Shown one piece after another: positions 34,254 through 42,872 of a stretch of 64,000 bases of DNA; within the stretch, counting starts at the first letter, position 1; every line of letters begins with the position of its first letter. Location: NCBI GenBank assembly GCA_025356335.1, contig JANXUF010000082.1:1910-65909 (forward strand). Direction: 5' to 3'. The translations under genes were made by a program, and so were the position numbers. The notes under the pieces are model-generated. The model did not search any database. It saw nothing but the letters and a program-made list of their open reading frames with translations, and was not told the origin of the DNA. This DNA is from Actinomycetes bacterium (GTDB lineage: Bacteria > Actinomycetota > Acidimicrobiia > Acidimicrobiales > Ilumatobacteraceae).

Positions 34254-34574
34254 TCAGGCCGGTGTGACATCCACATGCTCGCCGCGGCGACGGAAAGCGA
34301 CCATGCCGCCGACGAGCACTACGGCAGCGGCGACGGGCATCATGACCGCGAGCGGTGATTCCGGGATGTTCGCCGGCACGCCGGACCACGGTCCACTGAT
34401 CGCAGAGGTGATGCCGGGAACCTGCGTGTTGACGAACATGAACGTGCCGTCACGTGAGAAACAGACACAGCGCACCGTACCGGGCGACGCTGTCGCTGTA
34501 CGGCGTGGCGCTCGACGCGCCTGGGGCGATCGGCGTGCCTGCAGCCCCGGCGTGCAGCCCCGGCGTTCCGGCAA
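34254..34574 (-). pseudogene. Relic 3' end of a PhoX/DUF839-like secreted phosphatase carrying the PANxPE sorting tail
   Basis: DGTFMFVNTQVPGITSAISGPW resembles the C-terminal FVNxQHPG...ItGPW end of PhoX-type proteins (from memory). It is followed by VPANIPESPLAVMMPVAAAVVLVGGMVAFRRRGEH. Only 66 nt separate this ORF from the ppk stop, so no full-length gene can exist. No RBS before the internal ATG at 34439. Confidence 0.4.
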
Positions 34575-34640
34575 GCGGCGGCGTCCAGGTGTCCCTGCCG
34601 TGGTCCTGGAGACGATCGTGTACGAGAAACCGTTCGGAGG

Positions 34641-36587
34641 TTATCGACGAAGGGAACTGGCGAGTAACTGACCGATGCGGTATTGGACGTCGACCTCGTT
34701 GTCGCTGCGAGACCGGGTCCAGACACCACTTTCCGCCAATCCCCAACTGATCGCCGCTGCCGACAGCTCAGCAGCGAGGATGCCGTCGAGGTACGCCTGA
34801 TGGCGCGGCGAGCGCACCGGCACCATGACCTCGACGCGGCGATCGAGGTTGCGCCCCATCCAGTCGGCCGAACCGATCAGATACAGCGGAGACCCCTCGC
34901 TGCCGTGGGCGAAACGGAGGATTCGCGAGTGTTCGAGATACCGCCCGAGGATCGAACGAACCGTGATGTTCTCCGACATCTCGGCGACACCTGGACGCAG
35001 GCAGCAGATCCCACGGATGATCAAGTCGATCTTCACGCCGGAGCAACTGGCCTCGTACAACGCCTCGATCATCTCAGGATCGGCGAGCGAGTTCAGCTTC
35101 AGGGTGATGCGGCCCGCTTCGCCATAGGCGATCTCGCGCTTGATCAGTTCGAGCAGACGCGAGCGCAGTTGGTGCGGGGCGACGAGCAGCCGCCGGTATT
35201 CCGTATTGCGGCTGAACCCGGTGAGGTGGTTGAACAGATCCCCGACGTCGGCACCGATTTCCGGATCGGTCGTCAACAGACCGATGTCCTCGTACAGCCG
35301 TGCCGTCTTCGAGTTGTAATTCCCGGTGCCGATATGGACATAGCGCCGGAGACCGTCGGCGTCGTTGCGCACCACCAGCACGCATTTCGAATGGGTCTTC
35401 AAACCGACCAACCCGTACACCACGTGCACGCCTGCGCGCTCGAGCGCCTTTGCCCACGTGACGTTCGTCTGCTCGTCGAAGCGGGCCTTCAATTCCACCA
35501 GCACAGCGACCTGCACACCCCGTTCGGCGGCACGGATCAGGCTGGCGGCAATCGGACTGTCGCCGCTCGTGCGGTACAACGTCATCTTGATCGACTGCAC
35601 GAGGCGGTCCTGTGACGCCCGCTCGATGAACGCCTGAACGGAACCGGCGAACGATTCGTATGGATGATGGACGAGCACATCCCGCTCGCGGAGCACGGCG
35701 AAGATGCTCTTGGTGTCGTCGACCGACAGTTCCGTCGGCAGCACCGATTTCCACTGCTCGTCCTTGAGCAGCGGTTTGTCCAGGCCGTGGAGGATGAACA
35801 GGCCGGTGAGGTCGATCAGCGTGTGGACGAAGGTGACATCGTCACGGTCGAGATCGAGTTCCTCGAGCAGGAAATCGAGCATCTCGACCGGCATCTCTGC
35901 ATCGACTTCGAGGCGAACCGCCCGGCCGAATCGCCGGCGTCGGAGTTCGATCTCGACCGCCGCCAGCAGGTCGTCCGCATCCTCTTCCTCGAGCGACAGA
36001 TCGGCATCCCTGGTGACACGAAATGCCGAAGAACTCTCGACTTCCATGCCAGGGAACAACCGGCCGAGCTTGGCGGCGACGACCTGCTCGAGCGTGACGA
36101 ACCGGTTGCCGTCCGGCAGCGGCAGGAATCGAGGCAACAGCGGCGGCATCTTGACCCTGGCGAAGCGGCGCTCGCCGGTGCCAGGATCGAGCAACCGCAC
36201 ACCGAGGTTGAGCGACAGGTTGGAGATGTACGGGAACGGGTGACCGGGGTCGACAGCGAGTGGCGTCAGCACCGGGAAGACGCGCAATTCGAAGACCTCG
36301 CCGAGCACCTTACGATCGTCGTCGGACAGCGAATCCCAGGTTTCGATGCTGATCTCGGCTTCGGCCATCGCTGCGCTGACGTCGCCGGCGAACAACTCCT
36401 CCTGGATGGTCACCATGGCGTGCACCCGATCGGAGAATTCGACGAGGATGTTCGCCGGCGTCAGCCCGTCGGCACCCGGCCTGGCGAACCCGGCGACGAT
36501 CTTGTCCTTGAGCGAGGCGACGCGAACCTGGAAGAACTCGTCGAGGTTGCTCGAGGCGATCGCCAGGAACTTTGCACGTTCGAGCAC
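34641..36587 (-). CDS. ppk: Polyphosphate kinase 1
   Basis: Full PPK1 layout (FLAIASSNLDEFFQVRV ... two PLD-like C-terminal domains). The first canonical start is the GTG at 36587, but conserved N-terminal sequence continues in frame upstream to 36725 (see findings). Confidence 0.9.
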   Translation of the reverse strand: MLERAKFLAIASSNLDEFFQVRVASLKDKIVAGFARPGADGLTPANILVEFSDRVHAMVTIQEELFAGDVSAAMAEAEISIETWDSLSDDDRKVLGEVFELRVFPVLTPLAVDPGHPFPYISNLSLNLGVRLLDPGTGERRFARVKMPPLLPRFLPLPDGNRFVTLEQVVAAKLGRLFPGMEVESSSAFRVTRDADLSLEEEDADDLLAAVEIELRRRRFGRAVRLEVDAEMPVEMLDFLLEELDLDRDDVTFVHTLIDLTGLFILHGLDKPLLKDEQWKSVLPTELSVDDTKSIFAVLRERDVLVHHPYESFAGSVQAFIERASQDRLVQSIKMTLYRTSGDSPIAASLIRAAERGVQVAVLVELKARFDEQTNVTWAKALERAGVHVVYGLVGLKTHSKCVLVVRNDADGLRRYVHIGTGNYNSKTARLYEDIGLLTTDPEIGADVGDLFNHLTGFSRNTEYRRLLVAPHQLRSRLLELIKREIAYGEAGRITLKLNSLADPEMIEALYEASCSGVKIDLIIRGICCLRPGVAEMSENITVRSILGRYLEHSRILRFAHGSEGSPLYLIGSADWMGRNLDRRVEVMVPVRSPRHQAYLDGILAAELSAAAISWGLAESGVWTRSRSDNEVDVQYRIGQLLASSLRR

Positions 36588-36801
36588 CGGGACCCGCTGC
36601 TCGCGCGCCTGGGCAATGACGCGCTCGTTGAAGTCCAGCCACGACAGATCCCGATTGATGATGCGTTGTCCGATGATCCCATCGTAGTGACCCCCCGACC
36701 GAGCAGTCGGATGCGCTACCGGCGTTCACCGGAAATTCAGCCGGAGCTGGTCGTTCTCACGCTCGACGGGACCGTGTAGCACACCCGGTCGAGCGTGTGT
36801 A

Positions 36802-37062
36802 CTACCCCTGGTCGGGAATGCCGAGGTCCCATTCGAGTGAGATGTTCTCGCGGTCGGCGTCGCGTGCGATGCGCTCGCGGTTGCGGCGGAATTGCGGGTC
36901 GTCACGCGGGAGCAGCACGAGCCGGGCGAGGACGCGGGCGGCGAATTCATCGACGAGATTGCGATCACCGAAGTCGCTGTACAGCTCCCAGTGCGGCGAC
37001 ACGGGTCCGACGTACGTGATCCTGGCGTGTGCCCGGGGTGGTACCGGCGCAATGTCGGTCAT
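36802..37062 (-). CDS. Hypothetical 86-aa protein
   Basis: ATG at 37062 with a GGAGG RBS 7 nt upstream. MTDIAPVPPRAHARITYVGPVSPHWELYSDFGD. No family assigned. Confidence 0.5.
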   Translation of the reverse strand: MTDIAPVPPRAHARITYVGPVSPHWELYSDFGDRNLVDEFAARVLARLVLLPRDDPQFRRNRERIARDADRENISLEWDLGIPDQG

Positions 37063-37292
37063 GGGAAATCCTCCGAAGTGAGCGGACGGACGAGTGTACA
37101 GACAGTGGCAGCGCATTGAACTGGCACGCCAGCAGGTTGAACTCGGGCGATTCGCCTGCTTGACTGGAGATTGTCGGGAACCGAATGGCCCGCTCGTGCG
37201 TCTACTACTGATGAACGCGAGTGATCTGTCCGCACCTCGACGGAGGGCGGAGAATTCACGCAGTCGCGGCTGCAAACACGGAGGATGCCCCG

Positions 37293-37559
37293 ATGGATCA
37301 AAACCGGCAAATGGTCGAGGACAACGAGACGGCGTGGATGGCGCGCGGCAACTGCCGCAACTACCCGCCTGCCGTGTTTTTTCCCAGCGACGGCGTCGGA
37401 GTGGACCGAGCCCGCAAGATCTGCGCGACCTGCCGGGTGATGAGCGAATGCCTCGAGTACGCCGTCACCAACCACATCGATCACGGCGTCTGGGGTGGCG
37501 CCTCCGAACGCGAGCGTCGCCGCATCGCCAAGCGTCGCCGCATCGCTGTGCTGTCCTGA
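37293..37559 (+). CDS. WhiB-like (Wbl) Fe-S transcription factor
   Basis: Four Cys in C-x(n)-C-x2-C-x5-C (GNCRNY...ICATCRVMSECLEY) and a GVWGG turn plus basic tail. ATG at 37293 with a GGAGGA RBS. Confidence 0.85.
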   Translation: MDQNRQMVEDNETAWMARGNCRNYPPAVFFPSDGVGVDRARKICATCRVMSECLEYAVTNHIDHGVWGGASERERRRIAKRRRIAVLS

Positions 37560-37605
37560 CTTCCCCACCCTCCCTCCCGAGTCGCTCGTACGGCAGATGT
37601 CCTGC

Positions 37606-38955
37606 TCACGGGTTGTAGAACTGGACTGAGGAGCCTTCGCGGATTGTTGTCAAGCGTTTGACTCTGTCGACGACATCGGCGATCACCTCGGGAAGATCGA
37701 TCGTCAGCAGTTGGCGGTCTCGCATCAGTACCTGTCCGTCGACGATCACCGTCCGCACGTCGCTCGTCTGCATCCCGTAGACGAGCGCGGCCCTGGCATC
37801 GTGCACTGGCTGGTGGTGCGATCCACCGAGATCGACGAGCACGATGTCTGCGGGCCCGCCGGGGCGTAGGTCAGGGTCGCCGAGCCCGAGCGCAGCGGCA
37901 CCCCCGCGCATCGCCAGGCGCACTGTGTCCGACGTTGTCATCACCATTGCATCCGTCGTCTGATACTTCTGCGTCATTGCCAGTAGCCGCATCGATTCCC
38001 ACATATCGAGCGTGTTGTGGCCGGCGGCACCATCGGTCCCCGCTGCAACGCCGACGCCGAGTTGCTGTAGGTCCCCGACCGGCGTCATCGGCGCGAGCGC
38101 ATGCTTGAGATAGACCTTCGGGCAGCTGGCGACCGACGTGGTCGTCGAATGCGTCGCCAACAGCTCGTAGTCGGACGGCACGATGCCGCAACCATGGGCG
38201 ATCAGGACACCGGCATCGAGCACCCCGGTTCGGCTCAACACTTCGATCGGCGTGATGCCGCGACGCTGCAGGCTCGAACGGGTCTGGTCGATATTTTCGC
38301 TTGCGTGGATGTGCACGCGAATTCCGAGGCGCCGTGCCTGTGCTGCGACTTCGGCGAGGTCGTCATCGTCGACGGTGTACGGAGCATGGGGGCCCATCGA
38401 GGTCGAGATCCGACCGGCCGCAGCGCCGTTCCATCGCCCGGCGAACTCGACGGTCGCATCGAGCGCCTCCCGGCCACGGCTGCTGAAGTAGGTCGGGGCG
38501 ATGTTCGCCCGCAGACCGGCGGAGGCGACGGAACGGGCGATCGCCTCCTCGAAAAAATAGTGATCGGCAAAGGCCGTCGTTCCGCCTTGGATCATCTCCG
38601 CGCACGCCAGCAGCGCACCTGCTGCGACATCGTCTTCGGTGAGATTGCTCTCCATCGGCCAGACTCGCTCGTTGAACCAGGCAGCCACTGGCACATCCTC
38701 GGCTGCGCCGCGGAAAAGCACCATCGGGCTGTGCGTATGCGTATTGACCAACCCTGGTGTGGCCAGCAGACCACGGCCGTCGATGATCTGCGCCGCCGGG
38801 CTGACCGAGCTGCCCGTCGGTGAAATGGACTCGATGAGGTTCCCGACGACGACGATGTCCTGGTTGGTGACCACCCAGCACTCACCGGTTTCGGGCACGC
38901 GCAAGACGTCACATCCACGGACCACGAGAACACTGGGCGACGGCTCTGAGCTCAC
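37606..38955 (-). CDS. Amidohydrolase, MTA/SAH-deaminase-like (MtaD/guanine deaminase family)
   Basis: GLVNTHTHSPM (HxH), VHIHASE, LIAHGCG, AAGTDGA. GTG at 38955 is proposed. The longer track ORF fuses an antisense stretch across tatA. Confidence 0.8.
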   Translation of the reverse strand: MSSEPSPSVLVVRGCDVLRVPETGECWVVTNQDIVVVGNLIESISPTGSSVSPAAQIIDGRGLLATPGLVNTHTHSPMVLFRGAAEDVPVAAWFNERVWPMESNLTEDDVAAGALLACAEMIQGGTTAFADHYFFEEAIARSVASAGLRANIAPTYFSSRGREALDATVEFAGRWNGAAAGRISTSMGPHAPYTVDDDDLAEVAAQARRLGIRVHIHASENIDQTRSSLQRRGITPIEVLSRTGVLDAGVLIAHGCGIVPSDYELLATHSTTTSVASCPKVYLKHALAPMTPVGDLQQLGVGVAAGTDGAAGHNTLDMWESMRLLAMTQKYQTTDAMVMTTSDTVRLAMRGGAAALGLGDPDLRPGGPADIVLVDLGGSHHQPVHDARAALVYGMQTSDVRTVIVDGQVLMRDRQLLTIDLPEVIADVVDRVKRLTTIREGSSVQFYNP

Positions 38956-39067
38956 CGCCAAGAACTTACAGTCGTTCACGGAGCGCCGGAACAGCAAAAA
39001 CCCGCGAGCGGCTGTGAGCCGGTCGCGGGTCGATGTGGTCACTCGGCACCGCAGCGGTGCCGATGTG

Positions 39068-39310
39068 TCAGCTATCGGTTTTCGGCGCGTCTGCGGGAGG
39101 CTGAACGACGACGACGGGCGGCTGTTGTACGACAACGGGCGGCGCAGTCGATGCGTCGCTCTTGTCCTTGCCGGCGTCGAGACCTTTTTTGAATTCGTTC
39201 TGCGCCTGGCCAAGATTCTTAGCGAGCTTCGGCAGCTGAGAGCCGCCAAACACCAAGAGGACGAGTACCACGACGATGATGAGCTCTGGCCCTTCAAGGA
39301 AACTGAACAT
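39068..39310 (-). CDS. tatA: Twin-arginine translocase subunit TatA/E
   Basis: MFSFLEGPELIIVVVLVLLVFGGSQLPKLAKNLGQAQNEFKKG, then a Pro/Val-rich tail. ATG at 39310. Confidence 0.85.
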   Translation of the reverse strand: MFSFLEGPELIIVVVLVLLVFGGSQLPKLAKNLGQAQNEFKKGLDAGKDKSDASTAPPVVVQQPPVVVVQPPADAPKTDS

Positions 39311-39407
39311 GGAAACTACGGTATCACCACGGCCAGCGAACCGGTATTGCAACCCGCTGCAAACTCTGGATGAGTGAAATGTGACCGCGCCATCATGCCG
39401 GCAGGCT

Positions 39408-39695
39408 TCAGGCGGTGGCGCTCCGCCGTCCGCTGAGGGCGCGTTGACGACGCAGCTTGCGGCGTTCACGCTCGGAAAGGCCGCCCCAGATACCGAACTT
39501 CTCGCCGTTGACGAGTGCATATTCGAGGCAGTGGAGGCGCACGACACAGCCGCGGCACACCTCTTTTGCCTCGCGGGTGCTGGCACCACGTTCTGGGAAG
39601 AAAAGATCGGGATCGACACCCAGGCAGTTCGCCTCGTCCTGCCAGCTGCCGTCTTCGATATTGATTGCCGAATGGCTGATTGATGTTTGAGTCAT
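39408..39695 (-). CDS. whiB: WhiB-family regulator (WhiB2/WhmD-like)
   Basis: EANCLGVDPDLFFPERGASTREAKEVCRGCVVRLHCLEYALVNGEKFGIWGGLSERERRKL. Confidence 0.9.
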   Translation of the reverse strand: MTQTSISHSAINIEDGSWQDEANCLGVDPDLFFPERGASTREAKEVCRGCVVRLHCLEYALVNGEKFGIWGGLSERERRKLRRQRALSGRRSATA

Positions 39696-39896
39696 GGTGT
39701 TGGCCTTCCCTGCTGCTGGCCAGTTACGGCGCCATCCCGCCGAACCCGGATTGGTCCAAACGATGTCAACCGTGTAGTTACAACGATGTCATTCTCCCCT
39801 ACCACACCCGCCGAGCGCAAGGGCGGATGGCAGAAATATTGTGAAACACCTGTTAAACGGGAAGAAATCCGGCTGAAACGGACCGACCGGTCGACC

Positions 39897-41921
39897 TCAG
39901 CCCGCTCGACGGCGAGTTTGGTTACCTCCACGGGCGATCTGGCGCTTGTGCTCGATGAAGTCGACGAGGACATAATCGCCGAGCGTGTCCGGGGTCGTGA
40001 AGAAGGCTCGGCCGCGATTCATCGCCGTCAATTTCTCGATGAACGACTTGAGATAGGCGTTGGCGTCGAGCATGAAGGTGTTGATGCGGATGTCGTCCCG
40101 AGTGCAGCGCATGACTTCCCGAAGCGTCGCCTCGATCGTCTCGGCAACCGGCGGGTAGTTGAAGTACACCTCACCTCGCTGATCGATATGCGCCGTCGGC
40201 TCGCCGTCGGTGATCATGATGATCTGCTTCGTGCCACTCTGACGGGCAAGCAATTGGCGGCTGAGCTGGAAGGCGTGCTGCATGTTCGTGCCGTAGACGA
40301 AATCCCAGCTGACCTCCGGTAGGTCCTCCGGTTTGATGATCCGCCCGACCTCGCTGAAGCCGACGATGCCGAGGTAGTCGCGCGGGAACTGCGTGGAGAT
40401 CAACGAATGCAACGCCATGGCGACCTTCTTGGCCGGTAGGAAGTTGTCACGCATCGGCATCGAGAGCGACAGGTCGAGCATCAGCACCGTCGACGAGCGG
40501 GTGATGTTCTCGGTTCGCTCGATCTCGAAGTCCTCAGGCGTCAGGCGCACCGGCGTTCCGGTTCCCGAGCGGCCGAGTGCGTTGCGGATCGTCCGTTGCA
40601 GGTCGAGGTTGAACGGATCGCCGTACTCGTACTGCTTCGATTCGTACGATCGTTCGTGGCCGATGCCCTGACGCTCGATCTGATGCTGGCCCATCTTGTC
40701 CTTGGCCAACTTCGAGAACAATTCGCGCAGTGCGTTCGAGCCGATCTTGCGGAGGCCCTTCGGCGTCAGCGTCAGGCGACCTTCCTTGTTGTTGATCAAT
40801 CCGGCGTCTTCGAGCATCTTCGCCAGTTCTGCCATCTTCTGCAGCGACTTGGCGGTGTCGTCACCCATCAGGTTGCGGACCTTGTCCATGTCGGCCTCTG
40901 CCAACTGGCCAGGGCTGGTGGCGTTTTTCAGCAGGTTCTCGAGCTGATCGAGATCACCGAGATCCTGCATCGCCTGCATTGCCTGGCCGAATCCCATCGG
41001 ATCGGAACCCTGCATGTCGTGACTCTGGCCCCAACCCATCTGTGGGTACATCGACTGCAGGTGCTGGCTGAGTTGTCCGGCCTGCCACTGCAGATCCATG
41101 TCCTCCATCAGCGCCTCGGAGAGCTGCTGCAACTGCGCCCGCTGGGCCGGCGACATCGAATTCATCATCGCCTGCATCGCCGCCATGCGTTGCGCCATCT
41201 GCTCCAACAGTTCGTCGAGTGTCTGCGGGTTCTCCGGGAAGAACTCGCCGAACTTGTCCATGAAGCCTTCGAAGTCCGGTTCCTCGCCCTGTTCGCGCTG
41301 CTCGATCATCTGGTTGAGCGCCGCCATCATGTCCTTCATGCGCTGCATCTGCTCCGGCGACATGTTCTGCACACCGTCGGTGACCTGATCGACGAACTGC
41401 TGGGTGAGCTGATCGCGCAGCTTGTCCATCAGCTTCTCGAAACGCTGCTGTGCCTCTGCAGACGCGAAGTCGTAACTCTGTAGCTCGCGAACCTTGCCGG
41501 CGAGGTCGTCCGGCAGCATGTCGAGGCGGAAATTGCGTTCCATCGCTGCTGCTTCGGCCGTCTCCGCACGACGCTCGTCACCTGATTGCTGCGCGTCGCG
41601 AAGCTGGTTCTCGACGCCGTGGCGTTCCTCGTCGACGATGTCGTCGAGCTCTTTGGCGATTTCCTCGTACACACCGCCGAGATCGCCGCTGTCCTTGATC
41701 TCCTGGCGCTTCTGGCGGAGTTTCTCCATCATCGCGCGCAGGCCGGCGACCTTTTCGTTGTTGCGGTCCTGGAAACCCTGCTGCATCATCCGCCGCAGGG
41801 CATTGTTGATGTCACCGTGGTAGAGCAGATCGTCGGTCAGTTCGTCGAAGATCGAATCGGCATCGACCTCGAAGCCCTTCTGCGTTCCATCCCAGCGGGA
41901 GTAGGTGAATCGAGCAGCCAT
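39897..41921 (-). CDS. Large VWA-domain protein (partner type of ChlI/MoxR-like AAA+ ATPases)
   Basis: N-terminus MAARFTYSRWDGTQ, a long acidic coiled middle, and a C-terminal VWA (VLMLDLSLSM MIDAS-like DxSxS, ITDGEPTAH). Confidence 0.8.
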   Translation of the reverse strand: MAARFTYSRWDGTQKGFEVDADSIFDELTDDLLYHGDINNALRRMMQQGFQDRNNEKVAGLRAMMEKLRQKRQEIKDSGDLGGVYEEIAKELDDIVDEERHGVENQLRDAQQSGDERRAETAEAAAMERNFRLDMLPDDLAGKVRELQSYDFASAEAQQRFEKLMDKLRDQLTQQFVDQVTDGVQNMSPEQMQRMKDMMAALNQMIEQREQGEEPDFEGFMDKFGEFFPENPQTLDELLEQMAQRMAAMQAMMNSMSPAQRAQLQQLSEALMEDMDLQWQAGQLSQHLQSMYPQMGWGQSHDMQGSDPMGFGQAMQAMQDLGDLDQLENLLKNATSPGQLAEADMDKVRNLMGDDTAKSLQKMAELAKMLEDAGLINNKEGRLTLTPKGLRKIGSNALRELFSKLAKDKMGQHQIERQGIGHERSYESKQYEYGDPFNLDLQRTIRNALGRSGTGTPVRLTPEDFEIERTENITRSSTVLMLDLSLSMPMRDNFLPAKKVAMALHSLISTQFPRDYLGIVGFSEVGRIIKPEDLPEVSWDFVYGTNMQHAFQLSRQLLARQSGTKQIIMITDGEPTAHIDQRGEVYFNYPPVAETIEATLREVMRCTRDDIRINTFMLDANAYLKSFIEKLTAMNRGRAFFTTPDTLGDYVLVDFIEHKRQIARGGNQTRRRAG

Positions 41922-42086
41922 GGGTCGACGTTACTCCTCTGCGTCGTGGTTCGCCGCCCAGGGCTCCGTCGGCGCTCCGTCGGCCGGCCCGACGCCTGAG
42001 CGCTGCCTGCAGTATCCCCCGGTGGTGCCAGGAGTTCACAAATCCGAAACCATCCGCAGCCCGCCGTCGGCTACGGTGGGAGTGCT

Positions 42087-42638
42087 ATGCGGGTGCCGAG
42101 AACGTTTACCTTCGTTGATTTGTCGGGGTTCACGAACTACACCGCCGCGTACGGAGACGACGCCGCCGGCCGGATCCTCGGTGCGTTCCGCACGATTGCC
42201 AGGGAGATCGCCAGTGAGACCGGCGTACGCATCGCCAAATGGCTCGGTGACGGCTTCATGACCGTTTCGATCCACCAGAGTGATGCGATCATCTTCGCCC
42301 TCGAACTGGAAAGCCGCTCCGCCGAGGTCTGTGCTCCGCTCACGGTCCGCGTCGGCATGGCGTCAGGTCACGCGCTGCTCTTCGAAGGCGACGACTACAT
42401 CGGTTCCGCCGTCAACATGGCGTCTCGCCTGTGCGACTTCGCCGGTCCGTTCGAGACGCTGCTCCCGACGATGCAGCTCGAGCGGCTGCCTGAGGGCGTG
42501 CTCGCCACCCCGCACGGCTCAGTCGAACTGCGCGGATTCCCCGGCGCTGTCGACGTCGTCGAACTCTCCGGTCGTCCAACTGCCCAGCCGCGAAACGACA
42601 CCGCCGAACTCTGGACCCGCGACCCGCTCCTCGGCTGA
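42087..42638 (+). CDS. Class III adenylate/guanylate cyclase catalytic-domain protein (stand-alone)
   Basis: FTFVDLSGFT, KWLGDGFM, GDDYIGSAVNMASRL. Confidence 0.8.
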   Translation: MRVPRTFTFVDLSGFTNYTAAYGDDAAGRILGAFRTIAREIASETGVRIAKWLGDGFMTVSIHQSDAIIFALELESRSAEVCAPLTVRVGMASGHALLFEGDDYIGSAVNMASRLCDFAGPFETLLPTMQLERLPEGVLATPHGSVELRGFPGAVDVVELSGRPTAQPRNDTAELWTRDPLLG

Positions 42639-42650
42639 GTGCTGACACAC

Positions 42651-42694
42651 TCCGCCGACCACGCTCGGCCGACCATGCTTCGGCCGACCATGCT
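42651..42694. repeat. Short tandem repeat, about 3 copies of 15 nt
   Basis: tccgccgaccacgc / tcggccgaccatgct / tcggccgaccatgct. The last two copies are identical. The repeat begins 13 nt after the cyclase stop. Confidence 0.85.
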
Positions 42695-42872
42695 CATCCG
42701 GGGCGGACCCACCTGTCGACGAGTGATCGAGTAGGAACAGGCCCTACGCCGCGCGGCAAATACTCGGATGGGCCCAGCGTCAAGGAAATACTCGAAGCAG
42801 GCACTCGCGAGCCGGGATCAAAGGTGCCATGACACAGGAGATCCCGTAGGAGGAAGTGAGTAGGCTGCCCGG

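Noticed and set aside
39840-39855. Possible CRP/Cmr site (TGTGAaacaccTGTTA) upstream of the whiB2-like gene
   Set aside because: Only the left half-site matches TGTGA-N6-TCACA. The right half matches 2 of 5 positions, which is insufficient without a genome-wide model.
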